A stretch of DNA of 64,000 nt. Source: Armatimonadota bacterium. GTDB lineage: Bacteria > Armatimonadota > Fimbriimonadia > Fimbriimonadales > Fimbriimonadaceae. Below, piece after piece: positions 1-7,613 of this stretch (position 1 is its first letter; every line of letters starts with the position of its first letter). The notes under the pieces are model-generated. The model saw only the letters and a program-made list of their open reading frames with translations, searched no databases and was not told the origin of the DNA. The stretch is taken from NCBI GenBank assembly GCA_018268395.1, contig JAFDWQ010000001.1, positions 221,720 through 285,719 of the forward strand. Direction: 5' to 3'. A program made the position numbers and the translations under genes.

Positions 1-249
1 CGGGACCTGGCCGACGAACTGGCCGACGGACTGGGCCAAGGCTGCTTGTCGACTCTCCGCGACGACGTCTACATCATGTGCTCCTGCAAGATGGCGGTCA
101 AGGCCGGCGACCCGCTCGGACTGGCCGAGATGGAGCGCTTGATCCAAGACCTGGCGAAGACGGAAAACCCGTACTTGTGCCCCCACGGTCGTCCGATCAC
201 GATCGTGCTTCCTAAGTCAGACCTCTACCGCCGGTTCAAGCGGTGTTGA
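1..249 (+). CDS. mutL: DNA mismatch repair protein MutL, C-terminal fragment (5' end lies outside the window)
   Basis: Frame 1 is open from the window edge. The tail ...KTENPYLCPHGRPITIVLPKSDLYRRFKR carries the CPHGRP motif typical of the MutL C-terminal domain. Confidence 0.8.
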   Translation, partial: RDLADELADGLGQGCLSTLRDDVYIMCSCKMAVKAGDPLGLAEMERLIQDLAKTENPYLCPHGRPITIVLPKSDLYRRFKRC

Positions 250-278
250 CAGCCCGAACCTGAGGACCGTTCCCGACC

Positions 279-1004
279 ATGAGTACAATCCACCCAGGCA
301 TGCGAGAGAGCTACTTCTGGCACAAGGTCCACTCCCTGACCGGGATCGTGCCCGTCGGCTTCTACATGGTCCAGCACCTGACCCTGAACAGCTTCAGCCT
401 CGCCGGGCCGACGAAGTTCAACGGGGTCATCGGGTTTTTCTCGTCCATACCCGCCCACGTCCTGCTCCTCCTCGAAGTCGTCGCGATCTGGGTGCCGTTA
501 GCCTTCCATGCGGTCTACGGCGTTTTCATCGTCTCCCGCAACAGCGACAACTACTCGCAGCCCGCCTACAAGTTCCGGGAGAACCGGTACTACCGCCTCC
601 AGCGCTGGTCCGGGGTCGCGGCGTTCCTGTTCCTCGTCGGCCACGTGGCGACGACGACCGTCCGGGCTAAGGCGCAGGGTGAAGCCGTGATCCAGTACGA
701 CGCCTGGCACCAGCTTTTGACTTCGAACGGATACATCGTTTTCGTCCTCTACGCCCTTGGCGTGACGGCCTGCTCCTATCACCTCGCCTACGGGATCTGG
801 AACTTCTGCATCCGGTGGGGCATCACCGTCGGCGAGAAGTCGCAAGCAGCGATGGGCAAGTTCGCGTCCGTCGCTTTCATCGTCCTCAGCCTGCTCGGGA
901 TCGGAGCCCTGTTCGGGTTCGTCCGTCCGCTCTTCCCTTCCGCCGAGCAACCAGTCGAAGCGAAGTCTGCCCAGTCGCAGGGCCTGCTCCCTGCGAAGCT
1001 CTAG
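279..1004 (+). CDS. sdhC: Succinate dehydrogenase / fumarate reductase cytochrome b subunit, b558 family
   Basis: Aligns by eye to Bacillus-type SdhC: YFWHKVHSLTGIVPVGFYMVQHL, AFHAVYGV, YRLQRWSG...VGHV. Five hydrophobic helices and conserved heme-ligand His positions. Confidence 0.8.
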   Translation: MSTIHPGMRESYFWHKVHSLTGIVPVGFYMVQHLTLNSFSLAGPTKFNGVIGFFSSIPAHVLLLLEVVAIWVPLAFHAVYGVFIVSRNSDNYSQPAYKFRENRYYRLQRWSGVAAFLFLVGHVATTTVRAKAQGEAVIQYDAWHQLLTSNGYIVFVLYALGVTACSYHLAYGIWNFCIRWGITVGEKSQAAMGKFASVAFIVLSLLGIGALFGFVRPLFPSAEQPVEAKSAQSQGLLPAKL

Positions 1005-3253
1005 TTCCCGAATCCGTAGCCGCCGCCGATCGATCCTCCGCGAGTCCCGTAGCCGAACGGAGAGCCTCCTGGGAACGCCTTGAGCCGGATGTAGAAGGCG
1101 AGGGTGCGACCGGACCGGAACCCGACCTGGTTGTCGATCACCTCGAACACGGCTTCCGCACAGTGCAAGTCATAAGCAAATTGGTAGTGCTGGGCGACGA
1201 GCTGCTTCATGTACCCGTCATAGTCGAGCAAGAACCTTGACGTCACCCGTCCGACCCGGAACCCGTCGACGAAGACGTTAAAGCCCGCCCACTGAGACCG
1301 GAGGCCGTCGTAACGGGCACCGAGGAACATCCTCGTATCGCCCAGGGTCGCACCTGCGTCCACTCTGAAATTGCTCCACGCCTGGTTGAACGTGTCATAG
1401 CTCGCCGTTCCGTTGACGTCGAGCCACTTTCCCGGGTTCCAGCGGCTCCGGAACCAAACGAACTGCCACGGCACTTCGCCTTGGTCGCCTTGAAGCACGT
1501 CGTATCCCGTTTGCAACGAGAGCTTGAGGGCCTTGGTGGGGTTGTAGTTCAGGTCGAAACTGAAGGAGTCCGAGCGCCCTGTACTGTCGATCGAGAGCGG
1601 CGTGAAGCCGAAGGCGCGAAGGTTGTTGTACGTGAGAGAGACCGAGGAATTGCCCGAGAAGTGATAGGCCAGGTTGCTGTCGTAGTTCAGGACGTACTGA
1701 GCCGTATCGTCGCTGTACAGCCCTTGCTTGAACCGTCCTCCCCAGTTCAACGACCAATGTTTCGGCGACCCTTCCGACCTTCGGATCCCAGCTTCGAGGT
1801 TGATGCGGGTCACGCGCTCGCTTCCGGTCGTGCTCGGGTTGACAAGCTCGCCGATGCTGGCCTCGAGCGAGAACGGCCAACGCTCACCGAACCCGTCGGA
1901 AAAGAGCTGCCGGCCCGTGCTCCGGAGCGTCAGCATGGGTGTCACGTCGCTCGCGTCGTAGAAGTTCGCCGTACTCCCGATCGGCACGCCTCGCTGGTAG
2001 GTCAGTTCGGCGTCGAAGGAGCGGAACGAGGCCGAAGCACCGTATTTGACGTCGAGCCGTTGGCTCCGGACGTCCGTACCGAACCCCGACGACACCGACT
2101 TGGCGAGGTTCAAGTCGATCCGGGACGACACGCCCCCGAACCGCCGGTCGTCACCGATCGAGATGTTCTGGGACTCTGACTTGAACCCGGACGACTCGCT
2201 GAAGAACCTGTTGAACCCGAGGCGCGTGTTCCCCGAACCCCAAGGGACAAGCAACTGAGACGAGGTCGACCACAGGGTGGACGAAGGCGCCGTCAAGTAG
2301 TCGCTCAACTGATAGTTGCTGCTGAGGGTCCAGTCGGCCCGCCCCAACTTCTGGTTGTGCTGGGCCGAGAAGACCTTGCTTTTCGAACCGCCCGTGATCG
2401 TGTACGCGGAGAGCTTGCCGTTCACCGTCTTGGACAGATAGTTGTAGTCGAGGCCTAGCCCGGCTCCGAGCTTCGTCATGTAGTCGAGCCGGGTGTCGAC
2501 GTAGTCGTTCCCATGGAGCGGCGTCGAGACCCTGGTCTTGATGTAGTAGCCTTCGTCGACGCTTTGGCCGACTTCTGGCCATGTCTTGGGGCCGCGCCGG
2601 TTCAAGGGGATGACGACCATAGGAAGTCCCAGAACGGTCTTTCCTAAGATGCTCAAGCGCACGCTTCGGAGCTCGGCACGTTTCCCCGGAATGATCCGGC
2701 TCGTGTCGTAATCGAGTTCGAAGTGGGCCGGATCCAGGTCGCAGGTGGTGAAGCTTCCGTGTTCGGTCGTAAAGTCGGCCTGTGTTCCGGCGCCGGAGCC
2801 TGCCTTGACGAAGACGTCGCCGACGAGCCGCTTCTCCAAGCGCTCCGGCTTGATCCTGGCTTTGCCGTCCTCGAACGCGAACGTATCGTTGCCAAAGTCG
2901 ACGATGACGACGGCGCCCTCGACCGTCTCGGTCTGACCGACCAGTCTGCCGTTCCCTTCGAGCCTGAACACCTTGGTCTTCCGGTTGCCCGTCAACTTGT
3001 CGGCGAAGATCTCGTACCCTTTGTAGGTCGCGTGGACGGCCCCCGAAGCGGACACGTCGTCGCCGACGACGGACCCTTTGTCGGCGTGGATCAGCTTGAA
3101 AGGCTCGCCGATGCCCTGTTTCTTCTCAGGGAGCCGTCCTTGTCGCTTGACGGCAGACATCGAGCGGCTGAACCCTGGGATCCAGCCTGTTTGAGCCGAG
3201 CACAAGGGGACGCCCACGGCGGCCGCCATCGCCAGTCCGAGCATCCGCCTCAT
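1001..3253 (-). CDS. lptD: LPS-assembly outer membrane protein LptD (OstA-like N-domain plus large beta-barrel)
   Basis: From the ATG at 3253 the product begins with a signal peptide, MRRMLGLAMAAAVGVPLCSAQ. This ATG forms an ATGA overlap with the upstream lptF/G stop. OstA-like segment: HADKGSVVGDD...FADKLTGNRKTKVFRLEGNGRL. It is followed by about 600 aa of alternating beta-strand-like sequence rich in Y/G/S/N. The longer track start (3334) adds a non-signal extension. Confidence 0.65.
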   Translation of the reverse strand: MRRMLGLAMAAAVGVPLCSAQTGWIPGFSRSMSAVKRQGRLPEKKQGIGEPFKLIHADKGSVVGDDVSASGAVHATYKGYEIFADKLTGNRKTKVFRLEGNGRLVGQTETVEGAVVIVDFGNDTFAFEDGKARIKPERLEKRLVGDVFVKAGSGAGTQADFTTEHGSFTTCDLDPAHFELDYDTSRIIPGKRAELRSVRLSILGKTVLGLPMVVIPLNRRGPKTWPEVGQSVDEGYYIKTRVSTPLHGNDYVDTRLDYMTKLGAGLGLDYNYLSKTVNGKLSAYTITGGSKSKVFSAQHNQKLGRADWTLSSNYQLSDYLTAPSSTLWSTSSQLLVPWGSGNTRLGFNRFFSESSGFKSESQNISIGDDRRFGGVSSRIDLNLAKSVSSGFGTDVRSQRLDVKYGASASFRSFDAELTYQRGVPIGSTANFYDASDVTPMLTLRSTGRQLFSDGFGERWPFSLEASIGELVNPSTTGSERVTRINLEAGIRRSEGSPKHWSLNWGGRFKQGLYSDDTAQYVLNYDSNLAYHFSGNSSVSLTYNNLRAFGFTPLSIDSTGRSDSFSFDLNYNPTKALKLSLQTGYDVLQGDQGEVPWQFVWFRSRWNPGKWLDVNGTASYDTFNQAWSNFRVDAGATLGDTRMFLGARYDGLRSQWAGFNVFVDGFRVGRVTSRFLLDYDGYMKQLVAQHYQFAYDLHCAEAVFEVIDNQVGFRSGRTLAFYIRLKAFPGGSPFGYGTRGGSIGGGYGFGN

Positions 3254-4323
3254 TCCAGCCTCCGCACGAAGAGAAGACCGAAACAAAGGAACACGATGTT
3301 CGGGAGCCAGGCCGAGAGGACAGGACTGATCCAACCGTTCTTGCCCAGAATGTCTCCGGCGACCACATAGGCGTTGAAGTACACCCAGACCAGGCCAAGG
3401 CTGACCATGACGCCGATGAACGGCCCGGCTCGGGAGAACCTCATCGCCAAGACGGCCCCCGTGAACGCGAAGACGACGCAGGCGACCGGGTCGGCGAACT
3501 TCCGGTTGTAGCTGATCTCAAGGGCTCGGGACGACATGCCGTGCTCGCGCGCTTCCTTGATCGAACGGCTGAGAGAAGCGATCGTTTGCTCCTCGGCTTT
3601 GGGAGGCATGAACAGGTCCCCGACTTCGATCGGCTCGTTGATCACCATCATGTCCCGGCTCTCTGCGACTTGGAGCACCGTGCCTTTGAGGTCGATGACG
3701 TACGGGCGGTAGATCTTCCAGACCCCGTCACGGTACTCGCCGTCGTCGGACTTGTAAAGCATGACCTCTCCCGGCCTTGGACGCTCGATCAAGAGGATGT
3801 CCCGCAACCGGACGACGCCCTCCCGTTCGCGCGAGATGCTCCCGAAGTTCGCGCTGTACCTGCTGATGCTGAGCATCACGTTCGAGCGGAACTCGGGGAC
3901 GACCGCAAGGAACCCGACCTCGTTCGACAGCCGTCGGTAGGCCTTCATCGCGGGTGGGACGAGTTTCTCGATGACGGCGAAGTTCGTGAGGGCCATCAGG
4001 GCCCCGCAGAAGAAGAGGGGCCGGAAAACGCGGAACACAGGAATGCCTGCTGCCCGCATGGCCGTGATCTCGCTTTCACGCGCCAGTCGGGAGATGGCCA
4101 GCGAGGATCCGAGCGACGTTCCGATCGGGAGCGTGATCGCAAGCCATTGCGGGAACTGGAAGACCAAGAGTTGGACGATCGCCGCGACCGGGATCGCCTC
4201 GACGTTGTAGGTCTTGTAAATGAACATCATGTCGTTCGCCACGAAGAGCAGGGCGAACACGAACGTGCCCGTGAACAAGGGCACCGACAGTTCCTTGACC
4301 ACATAACGGTCAAGCCGCTTCAC
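3250..4323 (-). CDS. LptF/LptG (YjgP/YjgQ) family LPS export ABC permease
   Basis: N-terminus MKRLDRYVVKELSVPLFTGTFVFALLFVANDMM is the typical YjgP/YjgQ start. Architecture is 3 TM, a periplasmic insert, then 3 TM. It lies directly upstream of lptD. Confidence 0.8.
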   Translation of the reverse strand: MKRLDRYVVKELSVPLFTGTFVFALLFVANDMMFIYKTYNVEAIPVAAIVQLLVFQFPQWLAITLPIGTSLGSSLAISRLARESEITAMRAAGIPVFRVFRPLFFCGALMALTNFAVIEKLVPPAMKAYRRLSNEVGFLAVVPEFRSNVMLSISRYSANFGSISREREGVVRLRDILLIERPRPGEVMLYKSDDGEYRDGVWKIYRPYVIDLKGTVLQVAESRDMMVINEPIEVGDLFMPPKAEEQTIASLSRSIKEAREHGMSSRALEISYNRKFADPVACVVFAFTGAVLAMRFSRAGPFIGVMVSLGLVWVYFNAYVVAGDILGKNGWISPVLSAWLPNIVFLCFGLLFVRRLE

Positions 4324-5125
4324 GGTGCCCTCCCTTCCGGAACGCCCAAACGAGCACGCCGAGGCCTAAGACGACCTGCGACACGGCCAGGGCGGCCGCC
4401 ACGGGGACCGACCGAAGGGCGATCTGGGCAGCGACGGGCAGACCGAGAAAAGCGAACATGAGGCAGACCCAGACTGCAAGGATCTGGTGGACCGACCCTT
4501 CCCCCATCCACCGCCCTCTCGCCAGTTCGACGAGGTACGGCCGTCCGCACCGCGTACAGTACAGTTCGCCGACCGGATTGGCGTTTCCGCAGTGCAGGCA
4601 AGAGAGCGGCCGGAAGTGTGCCGGGTCGGCGTGCTCGCCCTTCCACCTTTCGACCATCCGGGCTTCCTCCCGGAAAGCGTCCTTCGGTAGAACGGCCAAG
4701 GCCCGTTCGGCCAAGACGATCGCTTGTCCCGGCATCCCGCGGATGAAGAGGACCTCCGCGATCTTCATGGCGGCGCCTGCGTCGTTCGGGCGCGCTTGCA
4801 GGGCTTCGAAAGCCCGCTCGAGACGGTCGATGTCGATAGCGACGAGAGCCCTCTTCAAGACTGCGGCACGAATGATCGGGAACAGGACGATCGTGGCCAC
4901 CATCGAGGCCAACAGCCACGGGGCCAGCCCTGGCACCGGCGGATTGCTGGCGAGGATCCCTGAACCTACGGCGATCCCAAGGCACGCCAGCCCGAAGAGA
5001 GTTTCGACCTCTCCCGCGATCATCCAACCGACCATCGTGACGACGACGAAGACGATCGGGATCCAAATCGCGCACGCGCTGAACGCGGCCAGGGGGTCGG
5101 TGGCAACCCGGTCCGTGAAGTTCAT
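4310..5125 (-). CDS. Membrane protein with a central TPR-like helical segment and a zinc ribbon (function unknown)
   Basis: Hydrophobic helices at both ends. Soluble core has ERAFEALQARPNDAGAAMKIAEVLFIRG and a CxxC...CxxC ribbon (CLHCGNANPVGELYCTRCG). ATGA overlap with the plsY stop and a 14-nt overlap with the lptF/G start. Confidence 0.5.
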   Translation of the reverse strand: MNFTDRVATDPLAAFSACAIWIPIVFVVVTMVGWMIAGEVETLFGLACLGIAVGSGILASNPPVPGLAPWLLASMVATIVLFPIIRAAVLKRALVAIDIDRLERAFEALQARPNDAGAAMKIAEVLFIRGMPGQAIVLAERALAVLPKDAFREEARMVERWKGEHADPAHFRPLSCLHCGNANPVGELYCTRCGRPYLVELARGRWMGEGSVHQILAVWVCLMFAFLGLPVAAQIALRSVPVAAALAVSQVVLGLGVLVWAFRKGGHREAA

Positions 5126-5826
5126 TCGAAACCCGCCTCGGGCGGGGGGCCGTCCGCTCCGTTGGACAAGGCCTCAGGCTTGGACCGCCACGGCGTCTTC
5201 GGCTCCTCGCCCTTAAACAGCCTCCGGATATTGGGAGCGTGCTTGGCGATGACCAGCAACGGGACGATCGAATAGACGGCCAAAAAGACGGGCGGTTGAC
5301 GAGTCAGGTAAGCGGACGCGATGACCGTCAGGCAGGCCGTAATGCTCGCCAGGCTGACGTAACCCGACGCGAACCAGACCGCCACGAACGCGGCAAACCC
5401 GGCCGTCCCTACGATCCAGGCCGAACCGAGCAAGGCACCGAACCCCGTCGCCACGCCCTTGCCGCCTTTGAACTTCAGGAACGGCGAAAACGTGTGACCG
5501 AGCACTGCGACGACGCCCACGAGGACCACATGGTCGGCCCGTTGAGCGTCCGTGACGACTCCTTGGAGGGCGGTACGGGCCACGACAGGAGGCACGACGC
5601 CCTTCAGGACGTCGAGCGCGAACGCCAAGAGGCCGGCTTTTTTGCCGAGCGTGCGGAAGACGTTCGTCGCCCCAATGTTCCCGCTTCCGACCTGCCTCAG
5701 ATCGATCCCTTTGGTCAGACCGACGAGAAGGCCGAACGGGACCGAGCCGAGCAGGTACGACCCGAGATAGAGGGCGGCAAGGATCAGCGCCGATCTCCTT
5801 GGCGTGCGTGTCCCGGGACACGGCAC
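5122..5826 (-). CDS. plsY: Glycerol-3-phosphate acyltransferase PlsY
   Basis: YLLGSVPFGLLVG ... GSGNIGATNVFRTLGKKAG ... FKGGKGVAT are PlsY signature blocks. The true start may lie a few codons inside the ORF. Confidence 0.85.
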   Translation of the reverse strand: MPCPGTRTPRRSALILAALYLGSYLLGSVPFGLLVGLTKGIDLRQVGSGNIGATNVFRTLGKKAGLLAFALDVLKGVVPPVVARTALQGVVTDAQRADHVVLVGVVAVLGHTFSPFLKFKGGKGVATGFGALLGSAWIVGTAGFAAFVAVWFASGYVSLASITACLTVIASAYLTRQPPVFLAVYSIVPLLVIAKHAPNIRRLFKGEEPKTPWRSKPEALSNGADGPPPEAGFE

Positions 5827-5972
5827 CGGTTGCTCAAGTCCGACACCTCAAGGCCCGTCAGTTTATCAGGTCGGAAGCGGTCCGGACGAAGCCTACGCGG
5901 ACAAGTCCTCCTGTCCCCAAGGTCGGGCCTGGACGGGCGTCACTAGATAGACTGTCCGGAGGACACGGAATC

Positions 5973-7031
5973 ATGGCGTTTCAAAGAGTGGCGGTCATCA
6001 TGGCGGGGGGTTCGGGCGAGCGGTTCTGGCCCGTTTCGACGAAATCGCGCCCCAAGCAGTTCTTGAACCTCACGGATCCGGACCGGACGCTCTTGAAAGA
6101 AGCGGTCGACCGTGCCGCCGCCTTGGTCGGAGGTCCGATGACCTATATCGCGACGGGGCGCCATCTGGCCGACCGCAGTGCCGAAGACTGTCCCCAACTT
6201 CCGAGCGCCAATATCCTCGCTGAGCCGGCAAAGAGGAACACGACCGGCTGCTTGGTCTGGGTCGCCGCGAACCTCATGGCTCAAGACCCCGAAGGTTGGC
6301 CGGAGACGAGCATGGCCGTCTTGACCGCCGACCACCGCATCGCGCCTCAAGAGAAGTTCCACGAGTCGGTCTCGACGGCCTTGGACACGGCCGAGCGGAC
6401 AGGCGGGCTCGTCACGATCGGGATTCGGCCCGACAGGCCCGAGACGGGATATGGCTACATCGAGTTGGGCGAACCGACGGAGGGGGCCGTCAGAGCGCGG
6501 TCTTTCCGTGAAAAACCCGACCTCGTCACGGCCGAGGCGTACCTGACGTCCGGCAACTATCTTTGGAACTCCGGGATGTTTTTCTGGACGTTGCCTGCGT
6601 TCCTCTCGGAACTCGAACGGGCGCGTCCCGACGCTGCCGCCAAAGTCCGGTCGATCGCTGGTCACCTCAAAACGGGGGACACCGAAGCCGCCGTCGCGGA
6701 CTTCGAGAGCTTAGAGAGCGTGTCGATCGACTACGCATTGATGGAGAAGGCTTCGGCGGTCTACGTCGTCGAAGCCGCGTTCGAATGGGACGATCTTGGA
6801 GCCTGGGACTCCCTTAAGCGGTCGTTCGATCCGGACCCCGACGGGAACACGACGCTCGGGACCGTCCGGACGATCGACTCGGCCGACAACGTCGTCTATG
6901 TCGACGGCACGGGACAGGAGGTGTGCCTCCTCGGGGTCGAAGGCCTCGTCGTGGTCGTGACGGAAGGTTCGGTCTTAGTTTGCCCGACCGACCGGGCTCA
7001 AGAGGTCAAGCGTTTCCAGTCCGGTCAGTAA
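5973..7031 (+). CDS. Mannose-1-phosphate guanylyltransferase (nucleotidyltransferase family)
   Basis: From the ATG at 5973: MAFQRVAVIMAGGSGERFWPVS (G-rich NTP-transferase loop), then ILAEPAKRNT and YGYIELG. The 58-codon upstream extension in the track (5799) overlaps plsY and is R/P-rich. Confidence 0.8.
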   Translation: MAFQRVAVIMAGGSGERFWPVSTKSRPKQFLNLTDPDRTLLKEAVDRAAALVGGPMTYIATGRHLADRSAEDCPQLPSANILAEPAKRNTTGCLVWVAANLMAQDPEGWPETSMAVLTADHRIAPQEKFHESVSTALDTAERTGGLVTIGIRPDRPETGYGYIELGEPTEGAVRARSFREKPDLVTAEAYLTSGNYLWNSGMFFWTLPAFLSELERARPDAAAKVRSIAGHLKTGDTEAAVADFESLESVSIDYALMEKASAVYVVEAAFEWDDLGAWDSLKRSFDPDPDGNTTLGTVRTIDSADNVVYVDGTGQEVCLLGVEGLVVVVTEGSVLVCPTDRAQEVKRFQSGQ

Positions 7032-7561
7032 ACCGCGAGAAACGCGTCACGGACGTTTCCGCCCGTGAACAGCAAGGACCGGACGCCGAACGCATCGGCA
7101 GCGGCGATGTCGGACGTTTTGTCCCCGATCAAGAACGACCGTGCGCGGTCGACCCCGAGCAGGCGGTCGACGGCCTCCAGCATACCTGTACCCGGCTTTC
7201 GGGCCGGACACGCGTCTTCAGGCGTGTGAGGGCAATATGTGATGAGGTCGATGTCGGATTCGTCGTGCATCATCCGGCACAGGTCCAGAAACTGAACGGC
7301 TTCGTACAGGCCGCGACCGATTCCGGACTGGTTCGTCACGACCGCCGTTCTCAGGCCCTCGTCTTTCGCCCAGGTCAGAAGGTCTTTCGCACCATCGATC
7401 CACTCGAAGTCCTCGCGTCGGCAGACATAGCCGTGATCGACGTTCAGGACGCCGTCACGGTCGAGGAACAAGGTCGGCCGAGAGTCTCGCTTGACGAGCG
7501 GCTCAGGGAGCGGTCCGCAAGCTTGGACCGTCAGGCCCGGCATATGGCCCCCGTGACGCAA
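7025..7561 (-). CDS. gmhB: D-glycero-D-manno-heptose 1,7-bisphosphate phosphatase (HAD-IIIA)
   Basis: HAD motif I LFLDRDGVLN, motif II VVTNQSGIGRG, and a Zn-binding-type loop YCPHTPEDACPARKPGTGM. Confidence 0.8.
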   Translation of the reverse strand: MRHGGHMPGLTVQACGPLPEPLVKRDSRPTLFLDRDGVLNVDHGYVCRREDFEWIDGAKDLLTWAKDEGLRTAVVTNQSGIGRGLYEAVQFLDLCRMMHDESDIDLITYCPHTPEDACPARKPGTGMLEAVDRLLGVDRARSFLIGDKTSDIAAADAFGVRSLLFTGGNVRDAFLAVY

Positions 7562-7613
7562 AGACCCCCCGCGTCCTCTGAGGAGGCGGGGGGCCGGGCG
7601 AAGTCGACCAGGG

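Noticed and set aside
5799-5972. 58-codon upstream extension of the mannose-1-phosphate guanylyltransferase ORF.
   Set aside because: It overlaps the plsY 5' end on the other strand, and the conserved nucleotidyltransferase N-terminus (VIMAGGSGERFWP) starts immediately after the ATG at 5973.
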